Shown here: positions 1 to 12,944 of the stretch, piece after piece | Layout: each line of letters opens with the position of its first letter | How positions within the stretch are numbered: position 1 is the first letter of the stretch | From: Octopus bimaculoides | Taxonomy: Eukaryota | Direction: 5' to 3' | DNA length: 45,023 nt | NCBI RefSeq assembly: GCF_001194135.2 | Contig: NC_068994.1 | Coordinates: 43,236,426 to 43,281,448, forward strand | Position numbers and translations under genes: made by a program | Notes under the pieces: model-generated | The model's input: only the letters and a program-made list of their open reading frames with translations | Database searches by the model: none | What the model was told of the DNA's origin: nothing

Positions 1-819
1 ATATATATATATATATACATATACATTTACATATATATTGAGAGAGAGAGATGCAAATGTATAGATATATGTACTATAGATAGATATATAGATATCATTA
101 TAAGCATATATTGATATGTGTGCACACACTCAGAGAAAGGAATTCAGTTTAAGTTATTTGTGTATGTGTGTGTGCTTATGTGTATATGTTTATGTGTGTA
201 TTTAAGTGTGTATGCATGCATTTATATATGTATGTGTGTATGTATGTAATTGGAGCAGTATATGTGTGTGTGTGAATTACTGTGATAATGTCAGTTTGAG
301 TTAATCAATAAACTAAAGTAGTCAGTGTTGAACATTTTTGAAACTATCTCGCAAAAATAATAATTGCTTTTGTCTGTTTCTTGTTTTATTGTCATAAAAT
401 GTTGCCAAAGTCTTAAATATTTTTCTAAACACTACAAAAACACAACATAGACGTTTCCTTGACAACTTCATTATTGTCTTTCTGATTGTTTTTATTATCT
501 CACCCTCTCTTTCCCCCCATTCTGCCACACAAACACAAATAAATACACAATATATACACTACCCAAGTAGCTTCTAGAAATCTTGTTTGTTATAACAGTC
601 GACATAAGTATTTTGCTGTTCTTCTGACTAAGAAGTAAAACGTTCTATGATGATAAACATACTGAATAAAAAAAAACATAAGCAAAATATACAAAGACAA
701 TATTCATATTATATTGCAATGAATTCTTACAGAGAAGACAATCAAGCACTAGAAAGATATTTCCTCCTACTCAAACAAATCGAAGCAGCTTGTGGCTTTT
801 TTTTCACTCCACCCTCTCT

Positions 820-829
820 CACTCTCTCA

Positions 830-900
<71 letters not shown>
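820..900. repeat. (CT)n microsatellite; representative of many (TA)n, (CA)n, (GA)n, (GATA)n, (TACA)n, (GGAT)n, (TAA)n and (GAT)n tracts
   Basis: Direct reading. Other examples: (GGAT)n 4935-5040, (TAA)n 6433-6483 and 43766-43821, (GATA)n 8049-8105, 21530-21620, 29553-29600 and 32565-32612, (GT)n 9533-9597, (GAT)n 34978-35110. Confidence 0.95.
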
Positions 901-2574
901 CCTGTCCCTGCTTTAAAAGTTTCTTTTTAATTTTGTTTTCTATTTTATCAGTAATCATTATTTTGCAATATCCTTCTCCTATTTAATATCTTTTAACAAA
1001 ACACTGATTTCTTTTCTGACTTGGTACTAGGGGAACATTTTATAGAGAACGGTAGCATTAAATGAATCATTCATAATGCACAGAACATGGGAGCGGCCAA
1101 GATTTTGACCGAAGAAAAAGGATTCTCAATTATTAAAATGGATCCCCCAATATCCATCTGATTTGTTGCAGACACAAAATTAAAATAAATATTAATAATT
1201 ATACCTGCATGATGAGGTTTGACTGAACCCACAAAACACTGCCTGATGGTATGAGGGACATAAAATATACCACAGCTGTTTTATTGAGGGTGGTAAGACA
1301 AAATGAAAAACTGAACTTCAACATGATTTGCTAAGAGAAAGTAATTCATGTGCAGTGTTTAAAATTTTATTTAATTACTTTTTCACATGAGCAAAAAAGG
1401 AAAAAAATGTTTCATATTTATACGGAAAGAATTATGGTGAATTATGGTAAAATCAAAAACACTGCTTAAATGAAAAGAATTCAGTACACTTTGTAAAGTG
1501 GTTGGCATTAAGAAGGGTATCCATCTGGCTGCCCTTTCTAATGGTGTGGCCTAGTCAGTTCCTGTCAAGCTGTCCAATCCATGCCAGCATGAAAAATGGA
1601 TGTTAAGATGGTTGATGATGATGTTGGTGATGAATCAATCCTTAAACAAACTTTGGACATCTTTTATTAGTGCCATTCACCCAGGACTGGTTTATATATA
1701 TATCCACCCCAAAATCTTAAAAGGCAAGGTCGACCTTCATAAGATTTGACCACAGAGTACCTAAAGATGAAATAAATACCACAAAGTGTTCAGTCAGTTA
1801 CTCTAACACCTCAGCCAATTAGCTGCATTTTAATTAAATATTGGACATACACAGTGAATATATCAAATTAATGCTCAGTGAAAGTTTTAGATGGAAAAAT
1901 AGGGTGGAAATGTTTGAGCATAGCTCTTTATCAGAAGGAGGTGTGTGTGTGTGTGTAAGATCAGATATTTACATATATATATATATATATTAGACCATTA
2001 TAATCTTCATAAGAACACAAAACTGATTTCATATGTCTGTTTATGATAGTTATAACCTAGAGGAATATGACATATATATACACAACAAAATCCTTGTTTG
2101 TTTGTTCAGAAACTGATTGGATTTATTAAATGCTAAATCTGGATAAAATAATGGCAGATTAAAGTTTTTTTACTTTATTCATTGATTCTTCTCAAAATTT
2201 TCCAACCCTTGATTTATTAGTTTTTTACTAAATGTTTTTTTTTTCTCATTAAGGATAGATTTGGAATGTAAATTACATCCATTATTTTTGTACTCCCTTT
2301 TTTGCTAATTCATTTGCTTTTTGGGTTCTGTATCTGTATGACCTCATATAATATATATAATTATTTATTTATTTATTTAATCTAATTTATTTATTGTCTT
2401 CAAATTCTTTTTTTTTAACTGTGTGCTTTTATTTTTTGCCACGAAACCACTTTTTCTTGATTGAAATAATTTTCGTTTAAATAAACTATCAATGAATAAG
2501 AAAAAAAGAAAAACCCATTTTGTGCACGAAGCTTTTGACCCTTAAGTCCCTTTTATAACTTTCTACCAATAATA

Positions 2575-2749
2575 GGGGGCTAGTTGATTACATCGACCCC
2601 AATGTTTCACTGGTATTTAATTTATCAACCCTGAAAGGATGAAAGGTAAAGTTGACCTCTACAGAATTTGAACTCAGAACATAAAAACCAACGAAATTCA
2701 ACTAATCATTTCATCTAGTGTGCTATCAATTCTGCCAGCTCACCACCTT
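2575..2749 (-). mobile_element. tRNA-derived SINE family A (Meta-domain-like), copy 1 of a cluster of three
   Basis: Minus strand has the head GGTGGTGAGCTGGCAGAA, B-box GAGTTCAAATTC and core GTCAACTTTACCTTTCATCCTTTCAGGGTTGATAAATTAAATACCAG. Matches many other copies in the window. Confidence 0.85.
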
Positions 2750-2771
2750 AGCCAATAATAATAATGGTGTC

Positions 2772-2980
2772 AAATTTTGGCATAAGACCAGTAACTTCAG
2801 GGATAGTGACAAGTTGATTATATCAATTCCAGTGCTCAACTAGTACTTATTTTATTGTCCCTGAAAGAATGAAATGCAAAGTCGACATTGGCAGAATTTG
2901 AACTCAGAACGTGAAGACGGACAAAATGCCATTACGCATTTTACTCAGCATTCTAAATATTCTGCCAGCTCACCATCTTT
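2772..2980 (-). mobile_element. SINE family A copy
   Basis: Same head, B-box and core as the neighbouring copy, with the ...TATGCCAAAATTT tail variant. Confidence 0.85.
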
Positions 2981-2999
2981 CAATAGAAATAACAATAAT

Positions 3000-3138
3000 C
3001 CTGTATACTAAAGACACAAGGCTTGAAATTTTGGGAAGAAGGGGCTAGTTGATCATGTTGACCCTAGTGTTCAACTGGTACTTAATTTATTGACCTGAAA
3101 GGATGAAAGGCAAAGTCAACCATAGAATTTGAACTCTG
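3000..3138 (-). mobile_element. SINE family A copy, 5'-truncated
   Basis: Plus strand reads CACAAGGCTTGAAATTTTGGG...GAAAGGATGAAAGGCAAAGTCAAC...GAATTTGAACTC. The head is missing. Confidence 0.8.
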
Positions 3139-3326
3139 GTATTCTGTACCTGCGTGTATGTGAGTATGCATGTGTTTGTTTGTATATCTTCATATACAAA
3201 TACATATATCTATCTGTACACACACACACACTGTTATTAATGTACCCAATTTTAAGAAAGTAGCACTTTTGTTCTTGTTTTACATAAATATGTGTGTGTA
3301 TGTGTGTGTGTGTGTATATATGTATG

Positions 3327-3361
<35 letters not shown>

Positions 3362-3980
3362 NNNNNNNNNNNNNNNNNNNNNNNNNNNNNNNNNNNNNNN
3401 NNNNNNNNNNNNNNNNNNNNNNNNNNNNNNNNNNNNNNNNNNNNNNNNNNNNNNNNNNNNNNNNNNNNNNNNNNNNNNNNNNNNNNNNNNNNNNNNNNNN
3501 NNNNNNNNNNNNNNNNNNNNNNNNNNNNNNNNNNNNNNNNNNNNNNNNNNNNNNNNNNNNNNNNNNNNNNNNNNNNNNNNNNNNNNNNNNNNNNNNNNNN
3601 NNNNNNNNNNNNNNNNNNNNNNNNNNNNNNNNNNNNNNNNNNNNNNNNNNNNNNNNNNNNNNNNNNNNNNNNNNNNNNNNNNNNNNNNNNNNNNNNNNNN
3701 NNNNNNNNNNNNNNNNNNNNNNNNNNNNNNNNNNNNNNNNNNNNNNNNNNNNNNNNNNNNNNNNNNNNNNNNNNNNNNNNNNNNNNNNNNNNNNNNNNNN
3801 NNNNNNNNNNNNNNNNNNNNNNNNNNNNNNNNNNNNNNNNNNNNNNNNNNNNNNNNNNNNNNNNNNNNNNNNNNNNNNNNNNNNNNNNNNNNNNNNNNNN
3901 NNNNNNNNNNNNNNNNNNNNNNNNNNNNNNNNNNNNNNNNNNNNNNNNNNNNNNNNNNNNNNNNNNNNNNNNNNNNNNNN

Positions 3981-4023
<43 letters not shown>

Positions 4024-6432
4024 TGTATGTATATATATTCATTTATTAATATTTTCACATGCAATCACATATGTACATAGACAGATATGTACAGAAACAC
4101 ACACATGCATATATATGAACAAATGTAGATACTTACACGTGTGTGTGAGTGTATGTGTATGTGTGTGTATCTGTGTATGCGTGTGCATGAGTGCGAAGGG
4201 AGAAAGAGAGAGTTAGAGAAAGGTAGGTAGAGATGGAGATTGATTGAGAGAGAGAGAGACGGAAATAGATACATTCATACATACATATGTACATGAATAC
4301 ATGTATGTATGTATGCATGTTTTCATACATACATACATACATACATACATACAAACATGAATGCATGCATTCATACAAACATACATAAATGCAGCTTTAT
4401 CTTTAGAATTATATCCTAACATATATACACACACACATTGACATGTGCATGCACTTTCCAACAACTACAGTCATATTCTACTAACAGGAAAAGTAACTGT
4501 TATTATACGCAGATGTCATTCAATTCTAGTTTTCATTTCTTGTTACTTGCCTTGCCAGATACAAGAGATTCAGGTAGATTCCTGTTCGAAATGTTAAGCT
4601 GTATTTTGCACGAGAAAGCTACATTAAAATTTGGATGTTATCTTAATGTCAAGATCTCTGATGTTTGCCATCTTTCCTGTGAGCATTGTTGTATAAACAT
4701 AATGGTGTGCTACTTGATATTGTTTCCCTCATATGTATTATGGTGTCCTGGTAATCAGTCACAGCTCTGTCATTATCACTTCAGTGTGGCAAGCATGAGT
4801 GAGCTGATTCGTGCTGGACCGACATAAATGAACGATGACACTGGCTCACTGACTCAACAGCGGACAGATGGTCAAGCAGATAGAGAGAAGCCGAGCACAC
4901 AAACAGATGGTTAAAATGGACAGGATACAATGGATAGATGGATGGATTGGGTGGATGGATGAATGGATGGATGGATGGATGGATGGATGGATGGAAGGAC
5001 AGATCAATGGATGGATGGATGAATGGATGGATAGATAGATGGACAGATGGGTAGATAGAAAGAAAAGTGGATAGGTGAATAGATGGCAAGAAGGGTGGAT
5101 ATATGGATATATATNNNNNNNNNNNNNNNNNNNNNNNNNNNNNNNNNNNNNNNNNNNNNNNNNNNNNNNNNNNNNNNNNNNNNNNNNNNNNNNNNNNNNN
5201 NNNNNNNNNNNNNNNNNNNNNNNNNNNNNNNNNNNNNNNNNNNNNNNNNNNNNNNNNNNNNNNNNNNNNNNNNNNNNNNNNNNNNNNNNNNNNNNNNNNN
5301 NNNNNNNNNNNNNNNNNNNNNNNNNNNNNNNNNNNNNNNNNNNNNNNNNNNNNNNNNNNNNNNNNNNNNNNNNNNNNNNNNNNNNNNNNNNNNNNNNNNN
5401 NNNNNNNNNNNNNNNNNNNNNNNNNNNNNNNNNNNNNNNNNNNNNNNNNNNNNNNNNNNNNNNNNNNNNNNNNNNNNNNNNNNNNNNNNNNNNNNNNNNN
5501 NNNNNNNNNNNNNNNNNNNNNNNNNNNNNNNNNNNNNNNNNNNNNNNNNNNNNNNNNNNNNNNNNNNNNNNNNNNNNNNNNNNNNNNNNNNNNNNNNNNN
5601 NNNNNNNNNNNNNNNNNNNNNNNNNNNNNNNNNNNNNNNNNNNNNNNNNNNNNNNNNNNNNNNNNNNNNNNNNNNNNNNNNNNNNNNNNNNNNNNNNNNN
5701 NNNNNNNNNNNNNNNNNNNNNNNNNNNNNNNNNNNNNNNNNNNNNNNNNNNNNNNNNNNNNNNNNNNNNNNNNNNNNNNNNNNNNNNNNNNNNNNNNNNN
5801 NNNNNNNNNNNNNNNNNNNNNNNNNNNNNNNNNNNNNNNNNNNNNNNNNNNNNNNNNNNNNNNNNATATATATATATATATATACACACACACATGATTT
5901 TGTGTTCTATGTCCAAACAAATATCTTTACTTTTCTATTTTTTTTCATCTTTTTTTTTTGTTGCAGATTTTTTTTTTCTACGTAAATTATATTAAAAGCC
6001 CAAACTATAACATATACAGCAGTATATTAGCCTTGAACAGCTTTATTACCTGCAAGACAGCTTGCTTTACCATTCCGAACAAGATTCCACCCTCATAACA
6101 ATATTCAATTTAGCTTGTTGATATCTGCTCGTTGTCATGGTTACATGATTTAAACAACTTTGAGTTTAATTTGCAAAAATTAAATCAATACTAATGTTAT
6201 TTTATTTACCCTCCGGAAATGTTGGAGAAAATATATTTTTGTTTGATTTTTTTCTTCATTTTCATTTAATTTATATTTTTCTATTTTTTTTTCTCTGTAT
6301 TTATATGCGTGTGTATGTGTCTATATGTATGTACACATGTGTGTGTGTGTGCATCTGTGTGTCTGTGTATGTTTTTTTTTTTTTGTGTGTTGATTTTATT
6401 ATATTTCCCTTAGTGAGCAATAAATTGCACAC

Positions 6433-6489
<57 letters not shown>

Positions 6490-6846
6490 TCATAACAATA
6501 ACAACAACAACAGTTACAACGATATTTTCTGTTAGAAGTTGCACATCAGTGCACATTTTGCAAAGAAAGAAGAGAAGCAAAACTAATGGATGTATCCCAG
6601 TCTTTGGTTTCTAATATGCATTAGATTTTTCATGAAATATAATATATATTGAAGGTATGGGGTATGGGCGTACATACAAAGGAGTATATACAAATATATA
6701 AATACATATATGCTTGTATGTGCATACATATGTATGCAGTCCAGTAGCTATGTAAGTATCTGTAAATCAATTTGCATGTCTATTCACTCATTAATACAAT
6801 CACAGACATCTATGTGCATGTGTGTATGTATGTATGTACATACATG

Positions 6847-6886
<40 letters not shown>

Positions 6887-7291
6887 NNNNNNNNNNNNNN
6901 NNNNNNNNNNNNNNNNNNNNNNNNNNNNNNNNNNNNNNNNNNNNNNNNNNNNNNNNNNNNNNNNNNNNNNNNNNNNNNNNNNNNNNNNNNNNNNNNNNNN
7001 NNNNNNNNNNNNNNNNNNNNNNNNNNNNNNNNNNNNNNNNNNNNNNNNNNNNNNNNNNNNNNNNNNNNNNNNNNNNNNNNNNNNNNNNNNNNNNNNNNNN
7101 NNNNNNNNNNNNNNNNNNNNNNNNNNNNNNNNNNNNNNNNNNNNNNNNNNNNNNNNNNNNNNNNNNNNNNNNNNNNNNNNNNNNNNNNNNNNNNNNNNNN
7201 NNNNNNNNNNNNNNNNNNNNNNNNNNNNNNNNNNNNNNNNNNNNNNNNNNNNNNNNNNNNNNNNNNNNNNNNNNNNNNNNNNNNNNNNNNN

Positions 7292-7344
<53 letters not shown>

Positions 7345-8047
7345 TTTACATACACATATATACACACACTTATATATATATATATATATATATATATGGA
7401 TGCTTTATGTGAAAATAGGTATGAGTTGGTGACAGATAAGTTTTCATGTAACCAATGCCAGCATGGAAAATGGACATAAAATTGATGGTCATGATATACA
7501 TTTATGTGTACACGCAAAAGAACAGACACTCAGTGCATGGCAATGAGTATGTATTCATAGGTCGAGAACTGTTATAAGTGTCTATTACTCATAGTTCCAT
7601 AGATATGTAACAACTTGCTCAGATGATCACCATAGCACTTCTAAAGAGCATCTGTGAGATACATACATATGAAACGCTGAGCAATGTCAATTGTATGTAT
7701 CTTCATTTTTAGTATAGGCAAATAGTATGCCAGCTTGTTATTAGAAGTATCTATCTGGGTTGGTATCAAGAAGGTCATCCAACTACAAAATTGCTGGTTC
7801 AAAACGTCCCATTCTGCATAGAGGTAAAGATTCCAGCATAGAGGTAAGATATCAAACTGATTATGATGATGAAAATATTCTTTTATTCTTTTACATATTT
7901 CAGTCATTTGACTGCAGCCATGCTGGAGCACTGCCTTAAGAAAAAATGGGTAATGGGCATGTATGCCATATTTTGGGAGTTTTTGCTCCTTCATCAGTGA
8001 ATGAGTATATTTATATATATATGTATATATAGACAGAGAGATCGATC

Positions 8048-8105
<58 letters not shown>

Positions 8106-8275
8106 CAGATAGACAGACAGATAGACAGATTTTAAGATCAAGAACATTTGTTGTATAGTTTTTAATATACCTGTATTTCTCTAAGTTGTGTGTGTGTGCA
8201 TGTGTGTGTACACTTATACATAAGCAATGCATTATATGCATATACATAAGCAATATATTATATAGATAAGCATAT

Positions 8276-8400
8276 ATTCTTTTCTACTCTGGGCACAAGG
8301 CCCGAAATTTTTGGAAAGGAGGCCAGTCGATTTGATCAACCCCAGTATGCAACTGGTATTTAATTCATTGACCCCAAAGGATGAAAGGCAAAGTCGACCT
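8276..8400 (-). mobile_element. SINE family A 3' half, fused to a family B copy
   Basis: TTCTTTTCTACTCTGGGCACAAGGCCCGAAATTTTTGG...AAAGGATGAAAGGCAAAGTCGACCT ends abruptly at 8400. Confidence 0.85.
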
Positions 8401-8630
8401 CTATAGCCTCAGGTGTCTTCCATAGCCTTGTGAGTGGGTTTAGAAGAGAGAAACTGAAAGAAGCCTGTCGTGTGTGTGTGTGTGTGTGTGTGCACGGACT
8501 GTGTGTGCCTTTGTGTGTGGGTCTTTGTCCCTACCACCACTCCACAACCAGCGTTGGTGCGTTTACATCACCATGAGCTAACAGTTTAGCAAAAGAGACT
8601 AATAAAATAAGAATGAGGTTTAAAAAAGAA
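8401..8630 (+). mobile_element. SINE family B (OR1/OR2-like CORE-type), headless copy
   Basis: CTATAGCCTC...AGCCTTGTGAGTGG...GAAACTGAAAGAAGCC, then a central (GT)n, then TTTGTCCC...CAGTTTAGCAAAAGAGAC. Confidence 0.75.
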
Positions 8631-8898
8631 AAAAGAAGAATAAGTATTTCAATTTGTTCAATTAAAAAATCCTCAAGGAAGTGTCCCAAACTAACGATTG
8701 AAACGAGTAAAAGATAAAAGAAACAAGCATGTGTATTAATTCCTTGTGAATTTATATACAAAGGTTTGAACTCCATAGCAAACTTGGAATATTATGGATA
8801 ATTATTTTTTCAGTGAATCAGGCAGGATGAAAGGCAAATTTGGATCACATATCAGCAAGGCATTGAACTAAGAGGAATGAATCATCAGGCATTCTTAG

Positions 8899-8940
<42 letters not shown>

Positions 8941-9532
8941 NNNNNNNNNNNNNNNNNNNNNNNNNNNNNNNNNNNNNNNNNNNNNNNNNNNNNNNNNNNN
9001 NNNNNNNNNNNNNNNNNNNNNNNNNNNNNNNNNNNNNNNNNNNNNNNNNNNNNNNNNNNNNNNNNNNNNNNNNNNNNNNNNNNNNNNNNNNNNNNNNNNN
9101 NNNNNNNNNNNNNNNNNNNNNNNNNNNNNNNNNNNNNNNNNNNNNNNNNNNNNNNNNNNNNNNNNNNNNNNNNNNNNNNNNNNNNNNNNNNNNNNNNNNN
9201 NNNNNNNNNNNNNNNNNNNNNNNNNNNNNNNNNNNNNNNNNNNNNNNNNNNNNNNNNNNNNNNNNNNNNNNNNNNNNNNNNNNNNNNNNNNNNNNNNNNN
9301 NNNNNNNNNNNNNNNNNNNNNNNNNNNNNNNNNNNNNNNNNNNNNNNNNNNNNNNNNNNNNNNNNNNNNNNNNNNNNNNNNNNNNNNNNNNNNNNNNNNN
9401 NNNNNNNNNNNNNNNNNNNNNNNNNNNNNNNNNNNNNNNNNNNNNNNNNNNNNNNNNNNNNNNNNNNNNNNNNNNNNNNNNNNNNNNNNNNNNNNNNNNN
9501 NNNNNNNNNNNNNNNNNNNNNNNNNNNNNNNN

Positions 9533-9604
<72 letters not shown>

Positions 9605-9640
9605 TGTATGTATATGTATATGTTTATATAAAATAATTAA

Positions 9641-9711
9641 TTTTTGCCAACTTAAAGTGGCAGTCACATTTTGGGCCCCAAAATGGGACTCCCACATTAG
9701 GTTGGCAAAAA
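9641..9711. repeat. 71-bp near-perfect palindrome
   Basis: Arms 9641-9675 and 9677-9711 pair at 31 of 35 positions around a single central C. Confidence 0.9.
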
Positions 9712-9786
9712 AATCACTATTTTAAAGTGCTGCTACTGAATATCTCTCATTCAGAGATCTAGGAACAACATATATATCTATCTATC

Positions 9787-9822
<36 letters not shown>

Positions 9823-9849
9823 TACATATATATGTATATGTGTGTATGA

Positions 9850-10090
9850 GTGGGTATGCATGTGTGTTACCGTCTCGTTGCCTTGATTTCCTGTGACAGT
9901 TGTAAACAAGTGTCACCTTCATGCAAGTGGTGTCCCTCATTTCCAATCTTTCATGGAAACATGTCAGGTCACCGTGAGTATTACCTTACTTGGAAGCAGG
10001 CGAGGGATGGTAACAGGAAGGACAAGCAAGTATTGAAATCTGGACAGTAAATGACGCTGACGATAGTGATGACGATGATGTTGATGATGA
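9850..10090 (+). mobile_element. SINE 3' module with (GAT)n tail
   Basis: CATTTCCAATCTTTCATGGAAACATGTC...TATTACCTTACTTGGAAGCAGGCGAGGGATGGTAACAGGAAGG aligns by eye to 18650-18745 and 20870-20925. Confidence 0.6.
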
Positions 10091-10731
10091 TATGTGTGTG
10101 TGTGTGTGTGTGTGTATACACTTATATAGATACATATTTATAAATAAATATATATGTGTAGGTGTGTGTGTGTGATTAAGAAGGTCATTCTACAGTCGTG
10201 AAGTCTTATGCTTAATTCTACCACTTGGTATCTTGGTCAAGTGTCTTTTCCCATTGCTTTATCTCAATCCAAGCTTTGAAAGTGAAAAATTAGACATCAG
10301 AAACTATGTGGAAGCCTGTCAGACAGACTATACTTGTAATTCACAGGTTCACACTGTGCCATATTCACTTAACTTGGAATAGTCTGAAATTGAAGGAATT
10401 ACAACAGGACAGGAATTACACAATCGATGTCATTAGCTTACTGCTGTTTCTACTTTGAGAATCAGTGCACTCAGAACCGGGTACTTGAGCATCACCTTAC
10501 GCCTTCCTCAGAGCCTTTAACCAGGGAGGTGAGATTTTTATTATACATTATCACTAGATGTTTTGGCATTTATACAATTTTATGTCATACCATGCAGGAT
10601 CGCAATTTTAGATTAAAAATCAGTATAAGTCTATGTGTATGCATGTGTGTGTATGCATTTGTGTGTCTGTGTATGAGTGTGTATGTATATATTTAAGTAT
10701 ACATATATAGATACATATACATAGATATTTG

Positions 10732-10780
<49 letters not shown>

Positions 10781-11391
10781 TGCGTGCATATCGCCTAACA
10801 CAAGGCAGCATGGAAGACAGCTATTAAAAGATACTCCTCCTGCCATTGCCAAAGATGTGTGTGTGTGTGTGTAGACATACAAACACACACATGCATGCAT
10901 GCACACATATATATATATCCATATATATATATACTCAAATACTGGTAAATACCCAACATAAGAAGGAAGAAAACCAGTCGTAAAAAGAAAAGGACAATGA
11001 AAAATCTACAATTATGTAGTGAAGGACTTGGACAAACCCAATCGATAATTAATTAAGTAATTAATTAATTAATTGGTTTAATTAACAATAAAGTAGACTT
11101 CAACCTTACAAAAAGTTCCAGTTCTTGGTTATGGTTAGAATTTAATTTAGCCATCATAGAACAGAATAGAATTCAGAATCAAAACGAACAAGTGAAACTC
11201 TGCTTTGACAACAATAAATCAGAGAGATGAGGGCTTGTGGAATGTTGAATGAAATCAATTGCTGTGAAGAGTAGCAAGTTTATACAAACATCATAAGCCA
11301 TGAAAATGAATGTCCACAGCAACATCACTGTAACATCACTTCAACATCAGTAAAACAGATATATACATATATATACCACATATACATTTAA

Positions 11392-11441
<50 letters not shown>

Positions 11442-12730
11442 NNNNNNNNNNNNNNNNNNNNNNNNNNNNNNNNNNNNNNNNNNNNNNNNNNNNNNNNNNN
11501 NNNNNNNNNNNNNNNNNNNNNNNNNNNNNNNNNNNNNNNNNNNNNNNNNNNNNNNNNNNNNNNNNNNNNNNNNNNNNNNNNNNNNNNNNNNNNNNNNNNN
11601 NNNNNNNNNNNNNNNNNNNNNNNNNNNNNNNNNNNNNNNNNNNNNNNNNNNNNNNNNNNNNNNNNNNNNNNNNNNNNNNNNNNNNNNNNNNNNNNNNNNN
11701 NNNNNNNNNNNNNNNNNNNNNNNNNNNNNNNNNNNNNNNNNNNNNNNNNNNNNNNNNNNNNNNNNNNNNNNNNNNNNNNNNNNNNNNNNNNNNNNNNNNN
11801 NNNNNNNNNNNNNNNNNNNNNNNNNNNNNNNNNNNNNNNNNNNNNNNNNNNNNNNNNNNNNNNNNNNNNNNNNNNNNNNNNNNNNNNNNNNNNNNNNNNN
11901 NNNNNNNNNNNNNNNNNNNNNNNNNNNNNNNNNNNNNNNNNNNNNNNNNNNNNNNNNNNNNNNNNNNNNNNNNNNNNNNNNNNNNNNNNNNNNNNNNNNN
12001 NNNNNNNNNNNNNNNNNNNNNNNNNNNNNNNNNNNNNNNNNNNNNNNNNNNNNNNNNNNNACAGACAGACAGATAGATAAATACGTATATATAAATATAT
12101 GAATACATATATACAAATATATGAGCATGTATATGCACACAGTGACATGCATACAAATATGCATGTACACATACTAGCAGGTATATATATACATATACAT
12201 AGATGCATACATACATGCATATATATATACATATACATACATACATACATACATACATTCATATACACACACGTTTGTGTGTATGAGTGTACATAAGGTA
12301 AATTGAAGAATCATTAGAGTACTTTATTGAATGTATTGCAGTATTTGTTCCACCTCTTTGACCACTGAGTTCAAATCCCACTGAGGTAAACTTTTCCTTT
12401 CATTGTTTGTTCCAGGTTGATTAATAAAATACCATTCAAGTGGTTTCTCTTTCTCTCTCTCTCCCTCACTCTCACTTTCTGTCTCTAACACTCTCTCCCC
12501 ACTCATTCTCTCTCTCTCTCTCTATCCCTCTCACTTACTCCTCTTCTCTCTCATACTTTAGAAATGCTGAAGGTTTGAGTGGAGGGCTAGCAGCTCCTCA
12601 GAGAAAAACAGTTATGTTGTTGGAACTATGCAAAGATGGCCTAATGTGCTAGCGAAGCCTGGAACAGTAATAATTCATGCATACATACCTACATGCATGC
12701 ATACATACATACATTCATATATATATATAA

Positions 12731-12796
<66 letters not shown>

Positions 12797-12902
12797 CCAC
12801 ACACACACATATACATATTAACATACATACATACATATATACTAGTTAGGTGGTGCTCCAGCATGGCCACAGTTAAATGACTGAAAGAAGTACAAGAATA
12901 AA

Positions 12903-12944
<42 letters not shown>

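Noticed and set aside
4559-4573. Possible 15-nt plus-strand microexon (CCAG|ATACAAGAGATTCAG|GTAGAT)
   Set aside because: The donor is weak and there is no supporting neighbouring exon.
11044-11085. Dense (TAAT/ATTA)n homeodomain-like array
   Set aside because: Best explained as a degenerate tetranucleotide microsatellite.
12562-12666. Acceptor after a (CT)-rich tract with downstream GTAATA
   Set aside because: All frames are closed before the donor, and the pyrimidine tract is microsatellite-derived.
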